25,873 bases of DNA from a virus (lineage: Duplodnaviria > Caudoviricetes). A program made the translations under genes and the position numbers. Below are positions 8,587 through 17,366 of the stretch, in pieces. The notes beneath the pieces were generated by a model that saw only the letters and a list, made by a program, of their open reading frames with translations, searched no databases and was not told the origin of the DNA. Location of the stretch: positions 1 through 25,873 of the IMG/VR virus record IMGVR_UViG_3300006025_000047; one strand, written 5' to 3'. The number at the start of each line of letters is the position of its first letter. Position 1 is the first letter of the stretch.

Positions 8587-11500
8587 ATGTCGGCAAAAGA
8601 TTTTAAGTTTGTTTCACCCGGAGTTCACGTTGAGGAAATTGATAACTCACAACTCCCTAAGACACCAGAGGCAATCGGACCTCTCGTAATCGGTCGTTCC
8701 CGTAGAGGTCCGGCAATGCAGCCAGTAAAAGTTGATTCTTTTTCTGAGTTTGTAACCATTTTTGGAAATCCAGTTGCTGGTGGAGAAGCAAGTGACTTAT
8801 GGAGAAATGGAGTTCCGACTGCTCCTACTTTTGCCGCTTATGCTGCTCAAGCGTGGTTAAAGAACAACAACTCCCTTACATTTATTCGTCTCCTTGGAGA
8901 TCAATCTCCAGATAATGATGGAACTGATGCTGGTAAAGCAGGTTGGAAATCAGCCAATACAGATCCGGCAGTTGGTGGTGGAGCATACGGTTTGTACTTA
9001 TTCAACTCCGCTTCTGATGCTGGGGATTCTGGCGATATTGAAGCGGTTAATGGAACCCTTGCTGCCATTTTCTACACAACAGAAGGATCTATTGCCTTAT
9101 CTGGAACCATTCGTGGTGCGGTCGCTGGCGATATTGACGGAACTCTTGAAAATACAACAACATCATCTTGTGTATTGGTTAATGGAGCAAGCAAAACATT
9201 TGGAGCAGTTGTTCTCGATAATACAAGTGCGGTTGTTAAATCAACAGCATTTAACTTTGATCAGTCTTCACAAAACTATATTCGTAAGGTATTCAATACG
9301 AATCCAACCTTCACAAATAGTAGCATCGTTGATTCAGCAGCCGCAAACGCTACAACTTACTGGTTGGGTCAAACATATGAAAGAGCAGTTGCGGAAACAA
9401 TCACAAGCAGTGATGCTTACGGTATCATCGTTAGAATTGGTAGAGCATCTACAGATATTGCCAACGGAGGTGATTTTAAGTTCGCTACCCGTCAACCAAG
9501 AACTGGATGGTTTTTCTCACAAGACTTGAGAAATACAGCAGGTTCCGCAACAATCGGTGATAACGACCTCAGTCCAGCATACAACCCAGAAAATTTGAAC
9601 ACAGTTACAAGATTGTTCAAAGTTCACGGTTTAAGTTCTGGTGAAGAAATCCAAAGAAAATTCAAGATTTCTATTGAAGATATTAAATACTCCAAGAATG
9701 ACAATAGTCCATATGGAACATTTACCTTGGCTATTAGAGATGCTCAAGATACAGACAATGCTAAAGTATATGTTGAAAGATTTGCTGGTCTTAGTTTAGA
9801 TCCAAACTCTCCAAACTATATCGCAGCCCAAGTTGGTGACAAATATTACCAATGGAATGCAGATCAAAGACGTTTGGTTGAATATGGAACTTACCCAAAC
9901 AGATCTAAGATTGTTCGTGTTGAAATGGCAAATGCTGTTGATACAGCACAGACAAACCCAGAGTTGCTTCCTTTCGGTGTAGAAGGACCAATCACCCTTT
10001 CGGATATCACACTTGTTGATGCTGGAGCAACTGCTGGAACTGGTTCTATTGCTAATGCAGCAGGGACTGTTACAAGCCCTCTTACTGCTGGAACTGGCTC
10101 TAATGGTATTTTCAATGCTGATCAAAGAGTCGGAGATAACTCTTTTGGAATCATTTCAGCCGCTGCTATAGCAATCTCTGAAGATAGAGTTGCTCAGTTC
10201 ACTGGATCTGTTAAACATCCAACAGTTCCACTTCGTGTAAGTTCTTCTGATGGAGATCTTTCCGATCCAACTGAAGCATACTTCGGTGCTCAATACACAA
10301 GATCAAGCGGATCAACTGTATATGAACCAAGTATGGTTGATTTGGTATACCCACTTGCAAACGGAGGAACTTTTGCTCCATCTGCAAATAACACCAAGAC
10401 TTCTTGGTACTTCTCATTGGATGACTTGGTATTCAAGTTTAACACAAAGAATACTGTATTCTATCGTTCTGGATCAAGAGCGCAAGGAGATTCTGTTACT
10501 GCGAGATCTGGTTCTTACAAAGGTATTATTGACAGAGGATACGATAGATTTACTTCACCAATGTTCGGTGGATTTAACGGATTTGACATTACCGAAGAAG
10601 AGCCTTTTAACCAAACAAGAGCACTCCCAGATGCTTCAACAGAAGAAGGACAGGCTATGTTCTACACTGTAAAGAAAGCAATCGATATGTTTGCTGATCC
10701 AGAGTTCATTGAAGGAAACATCTTGGCTGTTCCGGGTGTCGTTAACCAAGGTTTGACAACTCACGGTCTTCGCATTTGTGAAGCAAGAGGTGATGCTTTG
10801 ATGCTTATGGACCCAAAAGGCGGATACTTACCTTCTTCTGAAAACTTCGACAGTGAAGAATTGAGAATCACCGCTGGAACAGGTCTGGGCGGCGTATCAC
10901 AACACGTTGCTGAAGTTGGACAAAATATGGAACTTCGTAACCTTAACTCAAGTTATGGCGCAACATACTATCCTTGGGTTCGCATCTCTGATACAGTCAG
11001 CGGTCGTGGAATCTGGGCACCACCTTCAATCGCAGCACTTGGAGCAATGTCTTACTCTGAGAAGCAATCTGCTCTCTGGTTTGCCCCTGCTGGTTTCAAC
11101 AGAGGTGGCTTGACTGACGGTGCGGCTGGTCTTCCAGTAACTAACGTAAGAAGCAGACTTACTTCTAAAGAAAGAGACTTCTTGTATGAAAGAAACGTCA
11201 ACCCTATTGCTTCTTTCCCAAGCGAAGGAATTGTAATCTTCGGTCAAAAGACTCTTCAGGTTACTCCATCGGCATTGGATAGAATCAACGTAAGAAGATT
11301 GATGATTTATGTAAAGAAAGAAATCTCAAGAATCGCAGCAAACTTGTTGTTTGAGCCTAACGTAGAGGCAACTTGGGCAAGATTTACTGGTCAAGTTAAT
11401 CCTTTCTTGGATAACATTAAGAACAACTATGGATTGGATGCTTTCCGTGTTATCCTTGATGATACAACAACAACGGCAGAGATGATTGATAGAAATACGA

Positions 11501-11595
11501 TTTACGCAAAGATCTTCTTGAAGCCAACCAAGGCTGTTGAGTTCTTCGCAATCGATTTCGTAATCACAAACTCTGGCGCAGGATTTGAAGATTAA
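8587..11595 (+). CDS. gp18: Tail sheath protein (T4 gp18-like, 1002 aa)
   Basis: The N-terminus has SPGVHVEEIDNS and GP...P..V.S..EF...FG.P. The C-terminus has YGATYYPWV, WFAPAGFNRG, VNPIASFP..GIVIFGQKTL, ALDRINVRRL, FEPN and I.LKPTKAVEF. An SD AAGGAG precedes it. Confidence 0.95.
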   Translation: MSAKDFKFVSPGVHVEEIDNSQLPKTPEAIGPLVIGRSRRGPAMQPVKVDSFSEFVTIFGNPVAGGEASDLWRNGVPTAPTFAAYAAQAWLKNNNSLTFIRLLGDQSPDNDGTDAGKAGWKSANTDPAVGGGAYGLYLFNSASDAGDSGDIEAVNGTLAAIFYTTEGSIALSGTIRGAVAGDIDGTLENTTTSSCVLVNGASKTFGAVVLDNTSAVVKSTAFNFDQSSQNYIRKVFNTNPTFTNSSIVDSAAANATTYWLGQTYERAVAETITSSDAYGIIVRIGRASTDIANGGDFKFATRQPRTGWFFSQDLRNTAGSATIGDNDLSPAYNPENLNTVTRLFKVHGLSSGEEIQRKFKISIEDIKYSKNDNSPYGTFTLAIRDAQDTDNAKVYVERFAGLSLDPNSPNYIAAQVGDKYYQWNADQRRLVEYGTYPNRSKIVRVEMANAVDTAQTNPELLPFGVEGPITLSDITLVDAGATAGTGSIANAAGTVTSPLTAGTGSNGIFNADQRVGDNSFGIISAAAIAISEDRVAQFTGSVKHPTVPLRVSSSDGDLSDPTEAYFGAQYTRSSGSTVYEPSMVDLVYPLANGGTFAPSANNTKTSWYFSLDDLVFKFNTKNTVFYRSGSRAQGDSVTARSGSYKGIIDRGYDRFTSPMFGGFNGFDITEEEPFNQTRALPDASTEEGQAMFYTVKKAIDMFADPEFIEGNILAVPGVVNQGLTTHGLRICEARGDALMLMDPKGGYLPSSENFDSEELRITAGTGLGGVSQHVAEVGQNMELRNLNSSYGATYYPWVRISDTVSGRGIWAPPSIAALGAMSYSEKQSALWFAPAGFNRGGLTDGAAGLPVTNVRSRLTSKERDFLYERNVNPIASFPSEGIVIFGQKTLQVTPSALDRINVRRLMIYVKKEISRIAANLLFEPNVEATWARFTGQVNPFLDNIKNNYGLDAFRVILDDTTTTAEMIDRNTIYAKIFLKPTKAVEFFAIDFVITNSGAGFED

Positions 11596-11607
11596 AAAAT
11601 AGGAACT

Positions 11608-11617
11608 AACTATTTAC
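11608..11617 (+). promoter_or_regulatory. Putative late promoter motif AACTATTTAC
   Basis: Recurrent motif between the sheath and tube genes. Confidence 0.6.
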
Positions 11618-11652
11618 TATAAAGGAAACTATTACAAAGGAAACCTAAAACG

Positions 11653-12213
11653 ATGGCAGATAAGAAATTTTGGGCTAACGCTCCACAACCAAAAAGAGCA
11701 TATAGATTCGTTCTCAGATTAAGAGGGATTGATCAGTGGGTCATTACAAAGGTCAACAGACCTTCTTTGACAGTATCTGAAACACAACATCAGTATTTAA
11801 ACCATACTTTCTACTATCCGGGAAGGGTTGAATACAATACTGTTTCCTTTACAATGGTTGATCCTATTACTCCAAACGCAACAGGTTACGCCTTGGCTCT
11901 TCTTTCACAAAGTGGTTATAGACTCCCAGCAGTAAATAATCTTGAGACTATTTCAAAAGCAGAGGCAATCAATGCTCTTCAAACTCCAGAAATCGTTACA
12001 CTTGACGACCAAGGAAAAGATATTGAAAAGTTCACTTTGATTAATGCTTGGGTCAAAAATGTTGAAATGGGCGATTTTGACTATGGTTCAGAAGATTTGA
12101 TGAACATCACAGTTGAAATGCGTTACGATTTTGTCAAATATGAAGCAACCCAAGGATCAATTGAAGATCCGGCACTTGCTGCATCCGTTTCTCAATATCG
12201 TCCGGGCAACTAA
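11653..12213 (+). CDS. gp19: Tail tube protein (T4 gp19-like)
   Basis: It directly follows the sheath gene and is 186 aa. Motifs PKR.YRF, RPS, YLNH.FYYPGR.EY..VSFT..DP and E.F.L.NAW...E.GDFDY.S.D..NI.VE.RYD are typical of contractile tail tubes. Confidence 0.85.
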   Translation: MADKKFWANAPQPKRAYRFVLRLRGIDQWVITKVNRPSLTVSETQHQYLNHTFYYPGRVEYNTVSFTMVDPITPNATGYALALLSQSGYRLPAVNNLETISKAEAINALQTPEIVTLDDQGKDIEKFTLINAWVKNVEMGDFDYGSEDLMNITVEMRYDFVKYEATQGSIEDPALAASVSQYRPGN

Positions 12214-12221
12214 TAAAATAC

Positions 12222-12250
12222 TTTACAAATCATAAATCTTATCATATAAT
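12222..12250 (+). promoter_or_regulatory. Sigma70-type promoter upstream of gp26-like gene
   Basis: TTTACA (12222-12227), a 17-nt spacer and TATAAT (12245-12250), ending 30 nt before the ATG at 12281. Confidence 0.7.
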
Positions 12251-12280
12251 GCATACAAAACTTAACTCAATGAGGTTTTA

Positions 12281-13135
12281 ATGAGCACCAGAAATAATCA
12301 GGATCGTTTCGGATCCGCAGAGCCAGACACTTCAACTGGCGCAACCGCAACCCAAACAAACCCTTTAGATTTTGCAACACCAACAGAAATGGTGGAGTTG
12401 CCTTCTAAGGGTCAGTTTTATCCAGAAGGTCATCCTTTACACAATCTTGAAACTGTAGAAATCAGATATATGACAGCAAAAGATGAAGATATTCTTGTTA
12501 ATCGTTCTTTGATTAAAAAGGGTGTTGTTTTGGATAGGCTGCTTCAAAGCGTTATTGTTGACAAGTCCATTAATGTTGACGATCTTCTAATCGGGGATAA
12601 AAACGCTATTCTAATCGCAACAAGGATTTCAGGTTATGGAGCAGACTATAACACAAAAATTCCTTGCCCTTCTTGTGGTTCTGTGTCAGATCATACTTTT
12701 GACTTAGAAGAAGCCTTAGAAGAGTCTTATGAAAGAGGATCTGATACAACCTTCGCACAACAGACAGAAAACGGAACCTTCCTTGTAAGTCTCCCAAAAA
12801 CTGGAGTAAATGTTGAAGTTCGTCCTCTTTCTGGGAAAGATGAAAAGACAATCTTGAAAACAAACAGTATGAGACAAAAGAACAAACTTCCAGAAATGAG
12901 TTTGACAGACCAGATGATGCTCTATGTTGTCTCGGTTAATGGTGAAACAAATCAAGGAACCATTGCAAACTTTATTCAGAATATGCCAGCGATTGATTCT
13001 CGTCACTTGAGATTCGCTTATCAAGACGCAATGCCAAGTGTTGACCTTGCCCAACATTTTGAGTGCGGAGATTGTGGTTACGAGCAAGAAATGGAGGTGC
13101 CGTTTACCACTGAATTTTTTTGGCCTAAGCGATGA
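12281..13135 (+). CDS. Baseplate hub / tail assembly chaperone (T4 gp26-like) with two CxxC motifs
   Basis: It lies between the tail tube and tape measure genes. Motifs include VELPSKG.FYP, IRYMTAKDEDIL, DLLIGDKNAILIA.R..GYG, CPSCG, CGDCG and a terminal FFW. Confidence 0.7.
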   Translation: MSTRNNQDRFGSAEPDTSTGATATQTNPLDFATPTEMVELPSKGQFYPEGHPLHNLETVEIRYMTAKDEDILVNRSLIKKGVVLDRLLQSVIVDKSINVDDLLIGDKNAILIATRISGYGADYNTKIPCPSCGSVSDHTFDLEEALEESYERGSDTTFAQQTENGTFLVSLPKTGVNVEVRPLSGKDEKTILKTNSMRQKNKLPEMSLTDQMMLYVVSVNGETNQGTIANFIQNMPAIDSRHLRFAYQDAMPSVDLAQHFECGDCGYEQEMEVPFTTEFFWPKR

Positions 13136-13313
13136 ATACATTGAAGGAGTGTATGAAGAGATATTCCAACTAAAGCATTTCGGTGGTTGGAGTTTTATTG
13201 AAGCATACAGTCTGCCAATCGTTTTAAGAAGATGGTTTTTGGAGAGATTGGCAAAGCAATTTGAAAAAGAAAAAGAACAAATGGATAAGGCTACTAAAAA
13301 AGGTAGACGATAA
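13113..13313 (+). CDS. Small chaperone partner ORF, probably translated as a frameshifted extension of the upstream gene
   Basis: The segment YEEIFQLKHFGGWSF.EAY.LPI..RRWFLERL resembles the small ORF that follows gp26 in T4-like phages. There is no in-frame ATG before it, and the frame overlaps the upstream gene at a T7 run. The ORF track starts it at GTG 13038. Confidence 0.65.
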   Translation, partial: NFFGLSDEYIEGVYEEIFQLKHFGGWSFIEAYSLPIVLRRWFLERLAKQFEKEKEQMDKATKKGRR

Positions 13314-13318
13314 GACCG

Positions 13319-13349
13319 AAGACCAAAGATGTTTTTGGTCTTTTTTTTT
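13319..13349 (+). terminator. Rho-independent terminator after chaperone genes
   Basis: Stem AAGACCAAA / TTTGGTCTT runs into a tract of 9 T (13341-13349). Confidence 0.75.
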
Positions 13350-13368
13350 ACTATTTACAACTATTTAT
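13349..13368 (+). promoter_or_regulatory. Tandem putative late promoter motifs TACTATTTAC-AACTATTTAT
   Basis: Two adjacent copies of the recurrent motif lie immediately after the terminator and before the SD GGAGGAG. Confidence 0.6.
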
Positions 13369-13385
13369 ACTCGGAGGAGTTACAA

Positions 13386-13715
13386 ATGTCTAATATAAAT
13401 GAAGAACAACTCGCATCAATTGAGATTAATTTAAATCCCAAGACGATTGACGAAGGATACTTGAGAGCATTAGGGGGTCAGATTGAACTCTTACTTAAAA
13501 TGATGTTCGGGGGATCTTTGATTCCTGCAAGGTTTAGAGGAACTCAAAATCAAATGTCAAGTTTTGCAAGAGCACTTGGAAATGAAAAAAGATATCTTCA
13601 GTCGTTTGAGAGACACGGATTGACTGATCCAAGAACAATGAACAACAGGCACAAACTCGAAAGAGCACTCGCCAACTTTGAAAGAGAAACAGGAATAAAG
13701 TGGCCCTTTAAGTGA
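13386..13715 (+). CDS. Hypothetical protein (109 aa) preceding tape measure gene
   Basis: A strong SD GGAGGAG (13373-13379) precedes the ATG at 13386. The longer start at 13329 lies inside the terminator and is unlikely. Confidence 0.75.
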   Translation: MSNINEEQLASIEINLNPKTIDEGYLRALGGQIELLLKMMFGGSLIPARFRGTQNQMSSFARALGNEKRYLQSFERHGLTDPRTMNNRHKLERALANFERETGIKWPFK

Positions 13716-13725
13716 GAACTAATCT

Positions 13726-16215
13726 ATGGCAGATAGAACAGAAGAGTTAGAAACTATACAGGAAATCAACAAAGAACTCGCAAAGGAAGTAGAATACGAA
13801 GCGAAGAAGGCACGATTGCGTGGTGAATCTGTTGATAAACTTGAAACAGAAAGAAATATATTGGTTCAACAAAGAGAACAATATGCCATAACTTTAGAAT
13901 ATCTTCAAACTTCAAGAGAAGAAAATGAGAAACTCCTTGGTATAGAAAACGCAAGGCTCGAACGCCTACAAGATAGCAAAACGGCAAGCGTAGAAGATAT
14001 TCAGGCACAACAACGAAAGATTGACTTATTAAAAAAAATAAAAAAACTTCAAGATGATCTCGCAGGAGATGATGAAGAAGCAAAAAAGCAAGCAGAAGAA
14101 AGAATACGGCTATTAAACGAAGAATTAGCGATACAACTAAAAATAGCAGACGCCAAACAAGCAGGTATAAACGTCGGTAAAGGACTTGTAGATAACCTTT
14201 CTAAGATGGTTGGCTTCCAGAGAGATTTAAATAACACTCTAACTGGGAACTTTCTTAAAGCAGCAAAATCAGGAGAAGGTCTTAAGAGTGTGGTAACTTC
14301 CATCGGTAAAGAAATGGCAGCAACATTCGGACCAGCAAATGCATTACAGTTTTTGATTTCTAATTCAATTCAAACTGCTGTCGCTTTAGATGAACTACAA
14401 GCAAGTTTTGTTGGAGCCACAGGCGCATCAAGAGAATTTGCTGGCTCTATAGAAGATGTATTTAGAGAGAATGTTCAATTTGGTGTCAGCCTTCAGGAAT
14501 CAGCGGCAGCAAATCAGGAGTTATATCTCAGTTTTGGTGCTTTTAGTAACTTAAGTAAAGAAGTAAGAAATCGAGTAGCAGGGACTACTGCTGTTCTTCA
14601 AGAACTCGGCGTTAGTGCCTCTACATCTGGCGAAAACTTCAACTTCCTTGTTTCTCAGTTAGGTATGGGAGTAAGTGAAGCGGAAAATGTAATCAGAACA
14701 ATGACTGAGACAGGGGCTTCAATAGGTATACCTCCGCAACAATTAAATGATGCATTTAGAAATCTATCTCCAAGATTGGCTGCTTTTGGTCGCCAAGGTC
14801 CAGAAATCTTTATGAAAACAGCAAAAACTGCCAAGAGTCTTGGTATGACTGTTGATGATCTTGGAAACACTTTATTTGCTTTATCAGATGGTTTAGATAC
14901 CTTTTCAGAGTCAGCATCAGCCGTTGCTGCCGTTAATCTTTCTCTTGGTGGTTCTTTTGTTAATGCGTTTGATTTAACAATGGCAGCAGCAGAAGGTCCA
15001 GCCGCACAACTTGATATGCTGAGAAGCGGTTTTCAAGCAGCGGGAAAAACACTTTCTGATATGCCTTTCTTTCAGCAAAAGATGTTGGCATCTGAACTGG
15101 GATTGGAACTCGGAACCCTTCAGCAAGTTATTGATGGAAATATGGACTCTCAACAAGCATTGGCTAAAGAAAATCCTCTCGAAGAAATGGCAGTTAAGGC
15201 CAATAGTGCTATGGATAAACTCAACGAAAGTCTTAAAAGTATATCAGCAGGGCTTGAGCCACTAATAAGTGTTTTCAACTTTCTTGCTGAAAATATTAAG
15301 TTAGTCGGAGGAGCATTGTTGTTTGCTACGGCGGCTTATCAAGTGTATAATTACCAACAAGAAAAGGGATTATTATTTACTACTACCCAGATAGTAAAAG
15401 AAACTGCTTTGGCAATTGCCCTAGGGACAAAAGCAATCGCCCTCAAGATACTCAGTGTAGCCTCGGGAGTTGCTGGAGCAGCAATGACAGCCTTTGGAAC
15501 AGCGGTAAATTTTGTTACCGCAGCAATGATAGCAAATCCAATAGGTGCGATTATATTGGGTGTGGTCGCTTTGGGCGGGGCGATATATGGACTAATCAAG
15601 AACTTTGATCAAGTTATGGAGTATATGGGCGGATTTTTCACTGATTTTGGAAATATGTTTAATGACCTTCCATCTTTTTTTAAGGCAGTTGCAAGGCTAA
15701 TTATGTTACCATTTGATGCTGTTTGGGGAGTTTTGGCTGGAGTTGGTCAAGGAATTATTGATATTATAAATTTATTTGGAGCAGATATCCCAACGCCGGG
15801 ATTTTTGTCTACTTCTCCGTCATCTTATTTGCTGTCGCTTTTTGATGGGGGAGAAGTCCCCGGCTTGGCTATTGGTGGAAAGATCTCTTCTTCTGGTATG
15901 GCTATGGTTGGAGAAGAGGGACCAGAACTTGTAAGCCTCCCAAAGGGTGCTCAAGTTGTTAACAACCAAAGTACAACAAACTTGATGAAGACAATGGAAG
16001 AAACAAGAGTTTCTAACACAACAAACAATACAACGGCTAATGATAGCGCAATGTTACAGGCTCTTCTCCGCATTGAAAAGGCTTTAAATATGAAACCAGC
16101 CGCTGGCACAGCAGGACAGCCAATCAATGTGTCAGTTAATTTGGACAAGAAAAAGGTTGGAGAAGCGACGGTGGATTATATAAATAAGAAATATGATGTA
16201 TTTACATCAAGTTAG
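13726..16215 (+). CDS. Tape measure protein (829 aa)
   Basis: It has an N-terminal coiled coil, an Ala/Gly-rich helical body and a hydrophobic ANPIGAII.GVVAL segment. The C-terminal LAIGG......MVGEEGPELV.LP.G..V motif and the position after the chaperones fit a tape measure protein. Confidence 0.85.
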   Translation: MADRTEELETIQEINKELAKEVEYEAKKARLRGESVDKLETERNILVQQREQYAITLEYLQTSREENEKLLGIENARLERLQDSKTASVEDIQAQQRKIDLLKKIKKLQDDLAGDDEEAKKQAEERIRLLNEELAIQLKIADAKQAGINVGKGLVDNLSKMVGFQRDLNNTLTGNFLKAAKSGEGLKSVVTSIGKEMAATFGPANALQFLISNSIQTAVALDELQASFVGATGASREFAGSIEDVFRENVQFGVSLQESAAANQELYLSFGAFSNLSKEVRNRVAGTTAVLQELGVSASTSGENFNFLVSQLGMGVSEAENVIRTMTETGASIGIPPQQLNDAFRNLSPRLAAFGRQGPEIFMKTAKTAKSLGMTVDDLGNTLFALSDGLDTFSESASAVAAVNLSLGGSFVNAFDLTMAAAEGPAAQLDMLRSGFQAAGKTLSDMPFFQQKMLASELGLELGTLQQVIDGNMDSQQALAKENPLEEMAVKANSAMDKLNESLKSISAGLEPLISVFNFLAENIKLVGGALLFATAAYQVYNYQQEKGLLFTTTQIVKETALAIALGTKAIALKILSVASGVAGAAMTAFGTAVNFVTAAMIANPIGAIILGVVALGGAIYGLIKNFDQVMEYMGGFFTDFGNMFNDLPSFFKAVARLIMLPFDAVWGVLAGVGQGIIDIINLFGADIPTPGFLSTSPSSYLLSLFDGGEVPGLAIGGKISSSGMAMVGEEGPELVSLPKGAQVVNNQSTTNLMKTMEETRVSNTTNNTTANDSAMLQALLRIEKALNMKPAAGTAGQPINVSVNLDKKKVGEATVDYINKKYDVFTSS

Positions 16216-16227
16216 GAATAAACAAAT

Positions 16228-17013
16228 ATGGCTACAGAAAAACCAGAGTTAAATAAAGTTTATAATACAAGTTATGTTAATCCTCTTGACGCAGCACGTT
16301 CAAAGGGGCACGTTTTAACAATTAGCCGTATTGATGTTCCTTCAGCCGTTATTAATATGACTGCCTTTTTGGACCAATGGAATGATAGTTTTACAAGTAA
16401 CTGGAATAGAGAAACTGTATATGGTCGTATGGATACAATCCAAAACTTTCAGAATACTCAAAGATCTATTTCTGTTTCTTTCAAGTTAGTGGCTGCTTCT
16501 AAATCAGAAGCAAAGAAAAACTTAAGAAGTGTTTCCCAGATGGTTCAGTTTTTATACCCTTCGTTTAAAGGTTTGGCTGATGGTATTACAAATGCTTACA
16601 CGATAAATGGAGCACCAGTTGTATCTGTTAAATATATGAACTTGATTACAGAGCAAGATGGAGGTGCTTTGGCAGGAACCTTGGATGGTTTAGATCATTC
16701 ATTTGATATGGAAGGGGGATTCTTTGAAGAATACGGACAAGTATATCCAAAGATTTTAAACCTGTCTTTCACATTTCATCCATTACATAAAGCAACTCAA
16801 GGCTATGTTAATGGTAAATCTCTTAATGATGGCTTCCCTTACAAGAATAGTGGATATGTTGCTGATCCCCCAAAACCTTTTGATGTAGCAAAAGACAATC
16901 CAGAGTCAACGAATGAACTTAATGGTGGTCAATCAATTCCACCTGAGATACAACAATCACAACAAGAAGAGGTTCTCGGGTCTGGGCTGGGTCAATCTAT
17001 GTTTATTGAGTAA
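16228..17013 (+). CDS. Baseplate tail-tube initiator-like protein
   Basis: It follows the tape measure gene. The DSF..NWN...VYGRMD....FQNT.RSIS.SF.L pattern is typical of tube-fold baseplate proteins. Confidence 0.55.
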   Translation: MATEKPELNKVYNTSYVNPLDAARSKGHVLTISRIDVPSAVINMTAFLDQWNDSFTSNWNRETVYGRMDTIQNFQNTQRSISVSFKLVAASKSEAKKNLRSVSQMVQFLYPSFKGLADGITNAYTINGAPVVSVKYMNLITEQDGGALAGTLDGLDHSFDMEGGFFEEYGQVYPKILNLSFTFHPLHKATQGYVNGKSLNDGFPYKNSGYVADPPKPFDVAKDNPESTNELNGGQSIPPEIQQSQQEEVLGSGLGQSMFIE

Positions 17014-17024
17014 AGGATAATAAT

Positions 17025-17363
17025 ATGGCTTCAAGATATGATTTAAGAAGAGTAGCGGTTAACTCAAACATTATGTATGATAATCTATTTAAGAATAGAG
17101 GTATCAATTATGTTGAACAATATAGAACAGGTGAGTTAAGATATCCAACTTCTAAAGAGATATCTAACTTGACAATCGTAACTCGGACTTGGAGAAGAGG
17201 GGATCATTATTATAAACTATCAAACGAATATTATGGAGATCCAAAGCACTGGTGGGTTATCGCTCACTTTAATCAAAAGCCGCTTGAAAGCGATATTCAG
17301 TTTGGTGATATTATAAGAATCCCAACTCCTCTTGAGTTAGTATTAACATATTATGGGATGTAG
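17025..17363 (+). CDS. LysM-like baseplate wedge protein (gp53 / tail protein X-like)
   Basis: GDHYYKLSNEYYGDPKHWWVIAHFN...GDIIRIP is the LysM-like pattern of baseplate X proteins. It sits in the canonical position after the tube initiator. Confidence 0.75.
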   Translation: MASRYDLRRVAVNSNIMYDNLFKNRGINYVEQYRTGELRYPTSKEISNLTIVTRTWRRGDHYYKLSNEYYGDPKHWWVIAHFNQKPLESDIQFGDIIRIPTPLELVLTYYGM

Positions 17364-17366
17364 AAA

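Noticed and set aside
13329-13385. Longer N-terminus (MFLVFFF...) given by the ORF track
   Set aside because: It runs through the terminator and promoter motifs. The strong SD supports the ATG at 13386.
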